From Phoronis australis (Eukaryota > Animalia > Phoronida), in NCBI GenBank assembly GCA_002633005.1, contig NMRA01000082.1, positions 907,988 to 971,987 on the forward strand: 64,000 nt of DNA. The letters run 5' to 3'. A model generated the notes under the pieces. That model was given only the letters and a program-made list of their open reading frames with translations, did not search any database and was not told the DNA's origin. The position numbers and the translations under genes are program-made. Shown here in pieces: positions 52,221 to 63,743 of this stretch (positions are counted from its first letter, which is position 1; each line of letters opens with the position of its first letter).

Positions 52221-52772
52221 TTACTACTGATATTTCAGGCACCACAATCGCAATGGTAGCCTATAGTAGAGGTGATTATATTAATTGCAGTACTAGTAGT
52301 AGCAGTACTGGTAGGGTAACAGCAATAGCAATCGTGGAAGTAGGGTTACTATACTAGTTGTAGGCTAGTATGTTATGGTAGAGGTAACGGTTGAACACTA
52401 GAGCTAGTTGTAGTTTAAGACTGAATTTATACTAATCATACCTCTAGTAGACTCGTGTCAAGTAGTATTAGAAGAAATAGTCCATAGGAATAATATAAAA
52501 GAAATTGTCGAATAATAATAGTAATAGTGGTAGTCACGACAGTAGTTGTAGTAGGCCTATGTAGTAGCGGTAGAACGACTTTAGCGTGTAGTTCTACCGA
52601 CTAGTGCTCTGGGCACTACAGCGGCTACTACCACTTACTACCGCCTAGCTACTTCGATCACCACATTTTAACTGTTACAGCCTTTTAACATCCCGACTAC
52701 TTCAACTATCTCCACTCCATCGGTGAACCACTTCTACTCACCTGGTACACTATCAGTCTACGAGTTCGAGTC
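49866..52772. repeat. Allele-like copy of 46486-49150, including another NDUFS7 paralog 2 exon 6 (51840-51937, same peptide)
   Basis: Colinear with scattered SNPs and indels; lies within a contig bounded by single Ns at 49355 and 52773. Confidence 0.8.
52022..52330. repeat. (ACT/AGT)n-rich low-complexity tract in the last intron of NDUFS7 paralog 2 (also at 48623-48900 and 53108-53390)
   Basis: Pure (act)n run at about 52166-52222 plus degenerate trinucleotide flanks. Confidence 0.9.
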
Positions 52773-52925
52773 NTGTTAGGGTTACATTTTAACCCAAATT
52801 CACTGAATAGCTGAACATATTATGCACTAGCTGGAATTTACTGGACCCAAAAAGTGATTTGCCAAACGAAATCCTAGACGCTGCCTGCAGATCACCCAAT
52901 CCGAATTTACCAATGGTTGGCGGCG

Positions 52926-53023
52926 TTACTTCCTGTACCATTTTTGAGCTTGGCCCATTCGTTTGATCTTTTTCTGTAACTGCAACACGCCGTAAAGCAA
53001 CGCTTCAGCTGTTGGCGGACAAC
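52926..53023 (-). CDS. NDUFS7: NDUFS7 paralog 2, exon 6 ([32 protein letters not shown])
   Basis: atttccag|GT TGT CCG CCA ... AAG TAA; 98 nt. Confidence 0.92.
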
Positions 53024-53593
53024 CTGGAAATCAAAAACTGTACACTAAACTCTAAATACAATTCCCAAGTGCCTGGCACTATCACTGTCGACAGTATCGA
53101 GTGCCATGCCACTACCACTACTACTACTGCTACTGCTACTGCAACTACTGCTGCAGCTATTATACCCGACTGTTAGTAACAGTGGCTCTCTTACCGCAGA
53201 TATACGTACTAATATACCAGCTGATACTTACGACTACTGCTACAACTACAAGAACTACTACTACTACTACTATTACTATTACTACTGCTATTTCAGGCAC
53301 CACAATCGCAATGGTAGCATATAGTATAAGTGATTATATTAATTGCGGTAGTAGCAGTAGCAGTACTGGTAGGGTAACAACAATAGCAATCATGGAAGTA
53401 GCGTTACTATACTAGTTGTAGGCTAGTATGTTACGGTAGAGGTAGCGGTTGAACACTAGAGCTAGTTGTAGTTTAAGACTGAATTTATACTAACCATACT
53501 TCTAGTAGACACGTGTCAATTAGAAGAAATAGTCCATAGGAATAACATCCCGACTACTTCAACTATCGATCTCTACTCGATCGGTGAACCACT

Positions 53594-53834
53594 TCTACTC
53601 ACCTGGTACACTATCAGTCTACGGGTTCGAGTCGGTCTACACCACGTACTACTGAGTAACTGTAACGGTAGTACCCCCCGCTGTTAGCAGTGACTAACCC
53701 AAATATCAATATACTCACCTCGGCACATAAATATCCACGGGTATGAGTCGGTCTACACCCCGTACTACTGAGTAACTGTAATGGGAGTACCTCCCGACGT
53801 TAGCAGCGACCAACCCAAATATTAATATACTCAC
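53594..53834 (-). repeat. Two degenerate exon-5-derived repeat units downstream of NDUFS7 paralog 2 exon 5
   Basis: Same unit (…ctaccattacagttactcagtagtacg…ccag|gtgagt) as the 29327-29935 array, but more decayed. Confidence 0.88.
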
Positions 53835-53970
53835 CTGGTACATAAATATCCACGGGTATCAGTCGGTCTACACCCCGTACTACTGAGTAACTGTAATGGT
53901 AGTACCCCCCGCCGTTGGCACAGCTCCCCATTGAGATGACCCAGCGAGGCTCTGGCATTTGGTCAAACAG
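53835..53970 (-). CDS. NDUFS7: NDUFS7 paralog 2, exon 5
   Basis: tctttcag|CTG ... CCAG|gtgagt; 136 nt; peptide identical to paralog 1. Confidence 0.93.
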
Positions 53971-54566
53971 CTGAAAGACATGTATCGTTCTACAACATCA
54001 GGACCTAAACGCCACTTTCAACTGCTCGTCATTGAAGAGACCCAATTACAGACAGGTCACGTGTCTAAGATGACTCTGTCACCTGTTCTGGTCAAACACT
54101 ATCTGATCGACGCGTGCCGTTTTACCCAACTCATTGATGATGTTGGATGACGCTATTCTCCACACACCCACACACGGACAGTATGGACTGTCTTGTGTAG
54201 CTGAAGCGTGCAGTTACATAAAAATCAAGCGCCATAGTGCTTCTAATTAGCAATATATGGACCATCAAAAACTAGGCCGCTGATCAGCCGAGGAAATGAA
54301 AAGGATAAAACGAAAGTACGGCCAAATACTGCACGGTTAGGAAATAACGTGATTTATAGGGTGGTAGAATTATGCCGTTCGTTTCTACCCATTATTTCAT
54401 TAAGTGTCCTATTCCTATTGATCTATACAGCTTCCATATGACTTTTTTTCATTAAGAACAACCCCCGACGATCTTGTTCAACAACAAGGAAACATCAACC
54501 ATCTTAAATGCTCTTTGTCTTTATAATTGTATGGATTTGGCGGTCGTGCACGCGGCACAGCGGTAC

Positions 54567-54746
54567 CTTTCTAACGGCAGGGGCCATTTTGTTGGTTATG
54601 GTACCCGCAATGATCATGCAGTCAGACTGGCGAGGGCTGGGCCTAAACACCACACCATAACGGTCCATGTCGTAGCGCGGCGCGGCCATTTGCATCATCT
54701 CATAGGCGCAGCAGGCTGTGCCAAACATCATGGGATAGATGGAGCT
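54567..54746 (-). CDS. NDUFS7: NDUFS7 paralog 2, exon 4 ([60 protein letters not shown])
   Basis: ttgcacag|AGC ... AAG|gtaccg; 180 nt. Confidence 0.94.
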
Positions 54747-55409
54747 CTGTGCAACAGAAGGGAAAGTCATTAAGATGGCTGGCCGTGACGTCAGTTCTTA
54801 GCTATATAACATGCACTCGTGAACTCACGGCTGGGTCGGAGGACGGTTAAAGCGACGACAACTCTGAGATGAAAATTTCATGTTGTCTTGGATGGCACAA
54901 TAGTGGTAGCTCACCCTGGCGGATTTACCGTAAAGCACGCCCATTGCAACCACAATTTCCCAAACAAATGCCCGCCCAAGTCCCGAAAACGTCTGAAGAG
55001 AGACTGAATGTTCGGTCCGCAGTGTCCGTGCGGAAGGCGGTTCCCCTGCCCTGCCCCCGACCCCACCTATTAGCTGTTTTTCCAGAAAAATTCGCGATGC
55101 CTTTTGCAGACACGGTGATTACTTTTCATTTTCAATGGTTGAATCGCCTCTCCGTGCTTCCTTGGTGCTCAAAGTACCAGCGAACTGAATGAGTTAACTT
55201 CCGTTTAAAGAAAATTTTATAAAGCCACTTGGTGGAGTAATGAGACAAAAATCTCACGAAACGCAAAACTTATGTGGCAACACACAAGTCAGTTATGAAT
55301 TGCCTGCCATTGTCGTAGTAGTTTCTGTTCCTATGACAATTTCGCTACCATTCTCCGCAAAGTGAAGCTTACAGCAAATAAATCAAATAAGAAAACCAAT
55401 TGACCACAC

Positions 55410-55560
55410 CTTCCTTGCCCAGTTGACTAGATCGTCGAGCCTAATGATTCCATATTCCGCCCACGTGGTCTGTTCGTCGACGGAAAATGGTGAATACGGC
55501 CTCCGTTTGACTGCACGCAGCCTGCTCTGTGTGTTGTCTTCGTTGCTGATTACATTTTGA
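55410..55560 (-). CDS. NDUFS7: NDUFS7 paralog 2, exon 3 (...KRRPYSPFSVDEQTTWAEYGIIRLDDLVNWARK)
   Basis: ctctttctag|T CAA ... AAG|gtgtgg; 151 nt, phase 2-0. Confidence 0.9.
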
Positions 55561-56506
55561 CTAGAAAGAGAATAGAACGGTTACGCGCACGAAAAAGACT
55601 TTTCTGTTTCATAGCATTTAGTGTCCGAAAACTGGAGTATTTCGGGCTTTAAGTTTTCAAAAGAATTGGTCCTCTGTGACAAGATTAGACATTCTGTGAT
55701 AAAACTTGCTTGGCTGAAATTTTGCGAATTCAGTGTTATCGAGTAGATAGTATTGGTCTTTTGCTGGGTTTGAGGTTATTTTACGCTGCATCAAGTGGTG
55801 GTACCTTCTTTGAAAAATTGTAAAAAGCTGGAACTCGTCATCATCATCACTGAGAAATACTGTGTCTCGCATATGTGACAAACGTTACGTTGATGTGACT
55901 CATACATGCAAACTGCAATCAAAAAGCTGTCATTTTGAAATTTTTGGGATATGACAAACTGTTATTTGATTAAACAAACCCATTCTTAGATTCTGACACT
56001 CGTTTACTCGCACGTTTTCTAATGGTTGCTCCAGCGCCAGGCCAATATCAGAACAGATTTAGCTTCGAATAATCAGTAATTTATGAGTATGAATCCAATG
56101 TATTGGCAGTGAACCTGCATGAGTACCTTGTGAATTTAACAGCCCTGAAATTATTTTGAAGAGCAGGCACAACACTGATGTTTTATTGTCTGAATTGATT
56201 ATGCATTCGATGTCCATGAGATTCGGAGGTTTGAAATTCTTCTTTGTTAAACATTGGGGCCAAAAGGGGTACTGAGTGGATGTAGAAGTGAGTGTTGGGG
56301 GTGACAACTAGGGCCAGGAAGAATATTGAGCATGAAATATTTTGTTGTCAAAGATAACAAATGACACAATTACGAACACTATTTTATCACTGCGAATGAA
56401 TGAATGCACAAAACTTTATAGTGCTGATTCAAGTGAAGATTTCTATCTGCTAGAGGCACTAAAATTCATTTCTGATGAGTGCCAATGCAGTGTGCTTCAA
56501 ACTTAC

Positions 56507-56612
56507 TTCTCCTCTGCCCTTAAATTGGATGCTGCTGACTGGGATGTTAAGACTGGTGCACTTCTTTGAAGACCTCGCACGGACCTGAAGCTGGCTTCTA
56601 CCTTGGAGAATA
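56507..56612 (-). CDS. NDUFS7: NDUFS7 paralog 2, exon 2 (LFSKVEASFRSVRGLQRSAPVLTSQSAASNLRAEE)
   Basis: tatttcag|TA ... GAGAA|gtaagt; 106 nt, phase 1-2; Arg/Ser-rich transit-peptide composition. Confidence 0.82.
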
Positions 56613-57011
56613 CTGAAATAAGGCTGGATGGGCAACTTACTACAGCAACGAAGAGTAAAACTGAATTCTACACAGCATAAGTACAACCTATGAGTATTAT
56701 GCCAAAAATAAACTTATCCAGTTTTCACACCCACGCATCCAGTTTCCTCAAGTTCAACACTTCTAATTTTAACAAGTGTTGTCCTTAATTTCCCCCGCTT
56801 TTTGTCTCTACTGTATTTTCAGTACAATCGTTCCAAAACTTTGTTGGTCGCTGTTCAGTTGGTCGGTTTCCGGCAAAATATTTTCAAATCTAGAAACACG
56901 AGCTAAGGGCAACTTTATCATGCGAAACTGCTCCCGTAGTTCAGCCCTTCATGTGACCTTCAGGCTATGGTAAACAAAACAAAACACGATGTACATGTAA
57001 AGCGGACTTAC

Positions 57012-57033
57012 GTGTACTCGACCTGGAAAACAT
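57012..57033 (-). CDS. NDUFS7: NDUFS7 paralog 2, first coding exon (MFSRSST, 22 nt); full CDS 693 nt / 230 aa
   Basis: ATG TTT TCC AGG TCG AGT ACA C|gtaagt; phases chain through all exons with no stop. Confidence 0.8.
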
Positions 57034-57317
57034 CAGTTTAAGAATTATCAAATAGTTAATCTCACTGTCAAATCTCCCGATTCCGTCGGAGCTTTCACAC
57101 AACCAAAAATTAAACCCCTTGTTTTTTCCGCCGTCGCCTTCAGACGAGATTCTCGGCAGTTGAGACTTGACGCAGAACAACAGTAAGAGAAACCGTCGGC
57201 GTAATAAGGTACGGGTACACGGTTTTGCTGCTGTTTAGATGATCACGCGCAGCTCTAAGGCCTTCCCATACCAAAATTCAGTTGTCTTTCGATGTAATTG
57301 CAGAGTTACTTGGTAAC

Positions 57318-57410
57318 TGTGACACACTTCCTGAAGCCCACTTTATAGGTTTGTTATCGATGATCTACAAAATGCGTTTGACCTAACGAAAATAACGCTG
57401 CAGTCACGTG
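57318..57410. promoter_or_regulatory. Conserved upstream module of NDUFS7 paralog 2 (TGACCT and palindromic GTCACGTGAC)
   Basis: Alignable by eye with 35657-35739. Confidence 0.55.
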
Positions 57411-58149
57411 ACCATTTTTTCTTGATTAGGTCATCATATACTTGGGGTCGCTTCTGCATGTTAGCATCACGTATTGTACTTGTAGACAGTGACCACCGTC
57501 CTACTGCGGCCAGTAGAGACTGTGGTCACTGTCTGTGCACGTACCATGAGTATGATGGTGTCAGTGTGAACGAATGTGTGTGATATATTCACTGAGTCGA
57601 AGTGTTTCAGGTAGAAATTACGCCGATTCAATCGACCTGAGGTCCGACAAACGCATGCAGATCATAGGCCACGCCTATCAATTGGTTACCGTTGCGAAGT
57701 CCCGCCCCCGTGCACTAGCCGGGCCGAAAATTAGGAGTTGCGTTACACGGCCGTAGACACAAGAAATTGGCGAATTCAGGATCCTGTGTGCAAAGTTCGC
57801 GAGATGATACCGTTGCGCTCAACCTAGGTGAAGCACGAGATCACACTGGTTATTCCTGTTGGATCGAGGCCATGCAGATTCATTTTCATCAGGTTTTCAC
57901 TATAGATGGAACCCGTAAGCAAGATATCCGATATGCCTATCGCTATCTGGTGGACCAAAGATGCATGTATTTTAGTTGAGGATTTCAATACGATCCTGTA
58001 GAGCTTTCTTTTGATACTACAATTTTATGACGGGTGTGGGCGCAAGTGTGGCCTCAGATGCCCATTATACGATGCTTTTGAGTTTTTGTCAATTCGGCAG
58101 AAACCAAAAACGCCAAGCTGAGCAGTCTTACAATAACCGCTCACTGCTT

Positions 58150-58231
58150 CATGGGCGGCACAGCAAGTGGCACAGGAGGCTGGGGGCTATGGCCCGCACA
58201 CTTAATATTTCAGTGCTGCGCGCCGCCCATG
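58150..58231 (-). mobile_element. Tiny MITE, family B
   Basis: catgggcggc ... gccgcccatg with perfect 6-bp TSD ctgctt. Confidence 0.75.
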
Positions 58232-61200
58232 CTGCTTCCTGACGCTCTAGTGGCAGAGCTTACAGTCAGGACAACGTCCGGATCAGTCGGTGACGAAGGG
58301 CACTTATCATATCCGTTTCATGCACCAGCAGCTATGGTGAGTGTTAGCTGCGAACTCAACTAGGAAAATATCATGCTGAAATGCTGAAATGCAATTAGTT
58401 AAAATTAATGAAGTATTTTGCGAGCTTTTGCTAGCAGAGACGTTTTTCATATGCACTGCATGTCAGTAACTTTGGTCACACCCATCTTCAATTTTCAAAT
58501 TGAATTAAAATTCGTCGCAGGTCAGTGAAAGTTCAACGCCTTTCGAAAAGCCCACTACACGAGAGGGGTATCAGCTCAACATTTCAATAGCTTATGAAAA
58601 CTAGAAAACTGCGTCCCAAATTAGCACTACTACCCATCGTAATTTTGTCAGGTAATAATTCTTACTTTTTCTCGAACAGTAGTGTGTTATCGGTGCTTTT
58701 TTTATTAGATGGCTTTACATTGTGAGCTTGCACCCCTAGTCCTGAATGAACTTTCCCTTAACGAAAGCGTAACCATTGCGTAACGCTTTTCATTTTTACG
58801 TACCCTCCGTTAAGAGAGCTGCGTGTTTCAATGGCCGTAAAACTGTAATTTTTTCAAAACACAACTTTTGAAACTGAAATAAAAACTAAATGGTATGAAA
58901 ATATTCAGGCTTTTCAACGATTTATGCCGTTTTTACAACATGTAAAACATATTTTTTTGCTTGTAAAATCCTGTCACAGGTGATAGGAGGGTACTTCGGT
59001 TTCTCCAAGTCTGGCAGAGTTGTTCTTACTCCACCTAGCGTACCACAACAACAGAAACATGGCGTTGACAAGATTCAAAATTACGAGCGGCTGAGTGTAG
59101 TGTTAAGTCATATTCGCGATTATCTCCCAGATTGTCTTGATGCGGGCCCCAGATTTGTTGAACAGGTAAAGTCAAACATAGGGCACTCCTAAGTTTGTAA
59201 TTTATAAGTCAAGTATGCGATTATTTTATTTAAATGGGAGTAATGAACTCGATTGACGTTGGAAGCGGTAGAGTCTCTCTCTGTTGAAACACTCGAAGTC
59301 GAGGATGAGTCTGATTGTAAACAATTTATTAACAATGTGTGGTCATCAACTCCTTATCTCTCCTACCTTACCCCGAGACCATCGCGTCAATGACAATAGC
59401 CAATCCTATGTCATTTGCGAAAACAATCCGTTTCGAACAAAAGAAGGCTTTGGAAATGAGAGTTTGTATAGGAATTTCCAAAGACACCAACTCAGTTGAT
59501 ATGCATCTTGATGATTTTGAAAACCACGGGCAATCAAACACTCTGAGTCATTCCAATGAAACTGATTCTCAAAAACTGTGTTCCCAAAAGTGATTTGCAC
59601 ATTTATTAACTTCATGTTAATGTGTTTTGCGTGATCAGGAGAATGTAGTCCGTTGAGGACCCTAAACGGCTTGCGTTATACGACATGTGACTCAAAAAAT
59701 TAACTTTTGTGCATTTTTTCCATTGGAACATCAGGAACTTGTGTGCGGGTACTCAAAATCACAGTGGTGACCTTGATGGCATTAAGGGAAATGGCATTAA
59801 ACCTGTGCTTTCTGTCAGAAAATAGTTTTGAATGAGGTAACTTGTCGTTGATATTTATAAATATTGTCCTCGCTCAGTTTAGAAGTGATCTCCACGCTTG
59901 AAAAGAACTGACAGCTTGTTATTGCCTCAGACCAAGCTGATATTTTATGAGCTCGGTCTAAAGAAACTACAAACTGTCCAACATGAGTTCTGTTCATGTC
60001 CTGCCATCATCTCAACAATTTGACTTTAATTAACGGATCAATTTGCAATTAATTTTGTTCAGTAAGTAGCTTAAATCTAAACTTTTTTTTCTGCTCAAAG
60101 CACTGGTTAACTGCCGTTTTAAGTACAACTTTTGAGGCTGTACATTGCAAAGCTCATTGAGGTGTGTAGCAAGGGTCCAGTATCCTAAATATGAACTGCA
60201 ACTCTATAAGTAACCTTACCTAACAATGCAGGCTAAGATTGCTCAGGCAATATAAAAAATTTCTGAGGTTAAATTTCTTGTTGAATTGATATCACACAAG
60301 CACTTTTTGTAGCCATGAATTTAGGTTAAGTTTCAAAAAAGCTTTTTAAGTTAATTTTTTATTAAGAGCCGTAATTTTCAGTTGACTTTGCTTCTTCTCA
60401 AAAATTTAATTGCAATTTGAAAGATTTGTTTTCAATTCCAAAATTTCCTTGGTTTTGGAGGCAGTGGCAGGCATTCTTACCGTCAGCGAAATTTTATTTT
60501 CCTACTGGCTAGATATTGAAAATGGAATGCTAACTGTAAATCGCTCTCGAAATGTTTCTTACTGTGGCAGGATTGTATTTCCATTACCAGTGAGAACATC
60601 AAAACCATCCTTCATTCAAGAAAGTGCTTCTTAGTGTATGGTGGTTACTGTAGCCAACCCTGAAATTGCATTTTCGAAAATGCTACATAAACGTAGTTCC
60701 TGTAACATGAGTTACCGCCTCATTCCGTAACAATTCAAGATGGTATGAGTGTGGTAATGTTCGCTTCATTCTGTTAAGAGTTCATCACAGACAATGTGCA
60801 CCAAATTAATGCTTTTACCAATTCCAATTTCTGTTCCCCTGCTGCCATTGGACAAAACCAAAAAAGGCAACTATTGGTCTCTAAAGTTGGAGATTTTTAC
60901 CATACTTGAGGGAGGATTGGCTCAGGGGAAACAAAATGCTTTATCAATAGTCCATCCAAGCCAAGGTTTATCTTGGGAAGTATTGTTATGGCCGCCATGC
61001 CTGTTGAGGACTACCCCACCCAGTACTGAAGTTCGGGTCAATGAAAGTAATAAATAATACAACATTTAACTGGCAATGGCTTAGCACCTATTGTATTTAA
61101 TGTACACTTTATTGGGGTAGATTGAAAAGTTTCTGAAGCCCATGTAATAATGTACTTAATCTCCCTTTATTGGGCTAATAGTGTGGTGTAAAACAGTTTC

Positions 61201-61432
61201 TTTGTCAGTCAACAGGAGGCGACGGTTTTTCCTTAGATTAAATAAGAGCTCTATTTTTTGCAGAGAAAACCATACAAGGTTGGAGTGGAAATGATGAATG
61301 AGAATATTTAAACTTAAAAAGTCGGGCTGCTTTAGATATGACTAATTAGCAATATTGCTAGAGTAACCAGAATTTTACAGCGTCTATGATGCACAGAATT
61401 TATGTTGATAGTTACTGGTCTGTTGTAGCAGG

Positions 61433-61711
61433 ATGCATACTGGGATTCTGTTGTGGATTCTGCTAGCCGTGCAGGTCGCAGCCCAATTTGAGGCTGGAAA
61501 TGACGTCACATCGGGCGAGTCATGGTCACCTGCTGCGGGCTCCATCTTGATCTCTGACGCTAGGCTCACAGCAGGATATGTCCAACAGTTCCAGTTGTAC
61601 GTGGCTAGCCTAAATCCAGTGAACATTCAGGTGTGGACGTCACTGGGCGCCAGTTCATATCGACTGAAGTATCAGCAAACTTTGACTCCTACTAGAACTG
61701 GTGAATTTACT
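61433..61711 (+). CDS. Secreted protein of unknown family, first coding exon (signal peptide MHTGILLWILLAVQVAA plus beta-rich domain)
   Basis: Acceptor tgtagcag just before the ATG; hydrophobic leader with A-x-A-type cleavage site; donor ACT|gtaagt, phase 0. Confidence 0.75.
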
Positions 61712-61809
61712 GTAAGTAGTGGCGTATTTTGTTCACTTACGATTAACACTCATGTACATGTATTCACACCTGGTGTGCATCATGTGTGTAATGTGTCACA
61801 TCATGTTAG

Positions 61810-62005
61810 GAAAGTTTGAGACATATGTTTGAACTCTCTGTGACATGTTTGAAGTCTGTTACATGTTTGAACTCTCTGAGTCATGTTTAAAATGTTTGAG
61901 CCATGTTCAAGATGTCTGAGCCACGTCTGAACTGTCTGAGCCACATCTGAACTGTCTGAGCCATGTTTAAATGTCTGAGCACTGTTTGAAATGGTAACCA
62001 TGTTT
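61810..62005. repeat. Degenerate ~20-bp minisatellite (catgtttgaactgtctgagc) in intron
   Basis: About 9 visible units. Confidence 0.7.
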
Positions 62006-63169
62006 GACTAGCCTGGGTTTTTCTGCTATACTAGACAAATTGTTAAAATTGTGGGTTATATAGTGATAGTATAAATTGATATTGTTTTGCAGTAAAATGA
62101 CATGCTTAGATAGTGAACATTTGTGTAAGGAATGTAGGAACATGAAAACGTGACGTGAAGTTTGCACCAATGAGGAAAAAGGACACTAGTTTGTGATTTT
62201 TGGTTACTTGGCTAATAAAATTGTTCTACCTATGTCAAGATCCAGTGTCCTAGTGATATTCCAGGAGTGCTTCTGCGGGGTGTGAGATAAACGAGAAAAT
62301 GCTTGAAAATACTAGTGGAAAAATAAAACACAATTAGAAAATTGACTGCACTCATACTGTGGTGGAGCAGACAGCGGCCATTTGTATTAAAGGCATTTTT
62401 TGATGATAAACACTCTGCATTTACCCAAATCTGGGAATGCGAGTGCCAAATATTGACTCCTATTTTCAAGCACACGTACTCCCCTGTGTCAAGCTAGTTG
62501 AATCACTCTGTATATGGAAAATTTCTCAAGTTGGCCTGAATGATGATGGCTTTGATTTTAAAAGAAACATTTGAAAATTTGCCGAATTTCCACCTTTAAA
62601 GAAAGTTGAAAGCAATTTTGTTGCTCAGTTGTATACAGTACTCCAGTATGTGTATAGTGCAGAACTGAACAATGTTGGTGTTTTTAAATCTCTTTGGTTG
62701 CCGTAATTGTCACATTGTTCTTAAGGCATGATAGAATGGGCCGCATGCAATTGTCAGTTATTATTAAGACTTGCAATAGGTGTCACTTTTCTAGTATCTG
62801 CCCCGATTGTTAGCCTGTGCATGTCTTGATACACCACAAAACATAAGGTCATTCTTCTTTACTGTTACATTGAACCCTAATCAGCCCCAACACTGTATAA
62901 AAATAACCAGTCGTTTTTACCTGCCAAAATCTCAGCTCTCAATTTCGATGTTCAGCTCACACACAGGTTACAGGTTGCACACCCTTGACAAGTAATGCTG
63001 TTTGTTTTTTTGGGTGTTACAATAAAGCTTTCAAGAGTTGATGCCAAAGTTGTGCTCATGCAGCTAATGTGAGTTGGGCAAATCTCAGCTCGTTAATTTC
63101 AATCCCTGATGCTAGTGATTAACTTCTTTTCAGCCATAACTTTATAATTAACCAAAACTTTTTCTTCAG

Positions 63170-63389
63170 GTCTATCCAAGCTCCCCGCTTCAAGTGGACA
63201 CCAGTGACTACTTGGGTTTCTCCCACAACACTGTGACTTCAGGTCTGGGGCGACGGCGTGCCACGAGCGGCGTGTCCATCGCCGCACTGATCTACAGTGC
63301 AGGGCCCGTAAGCGTCGGTCAGACTTACACACTCTCGGATCATCCAGACCCCAACTACTTGTACGCCATCAAGGCTGTTGTAGACACTT
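63170..63389 (+). CDS. Secreted protein, second coding exon (VYPSSPLQVDTSDYLGFSH...YLYAIKAVVDT)
   Basis: ttttcttcag|GTC ... ACTT|gtaagt; phase 0-1, in frame with the previous exon. Confidence 0.75.
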
Positions 63390-63743
63390 GTAAGTGGTTA
63401 CTGTAATTCATTTTTGGCAAAAAAATGCATGAGTGGGAACCCATGCCCCGCCCAAGAACAATTTGAGGTCAATTTTTTAACAGCGAATGGTCCACAACAG
63501 AATTTGTGTTTTGTGGTGGAAGGCGGGTTTATTTCTGGTTGACGTTCAAACAAGCTGGAGTATGTCAACGCAGTTTTTGAAGAAAGAGAGGAAAGAGCAG
63601 GCTTCAGATAGTTTTTGAGAACTGAAATCTGGTTTTGACAACAAAAATAGCAAAGCACAGGGACTGCTCAATATTAGGAGCAAACTGCATTGTGGTTTTA
63701 AAATGTCCAAATAGATGATGCTTGGGATGTTCTTTTGTTGCAG

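Noticed and set aside
48616-53415. Poly-Thr/poly-Val/poly-Leu/poly-Tyr ORFs resembling mucins or membrane proteins
   Set aside because: Translations of an intronic (ACT)n tract; the frames differ between the two haplotype copies.
27764-57033. NDUFS7 copies as bacterial nuoB contamination or a NUMT, given their atypical residues
   Set aside because: Both have spliceosomal introns, transit-peptide-like N-termini and animal-type C-termini (LQ.KIKR...WYRK).
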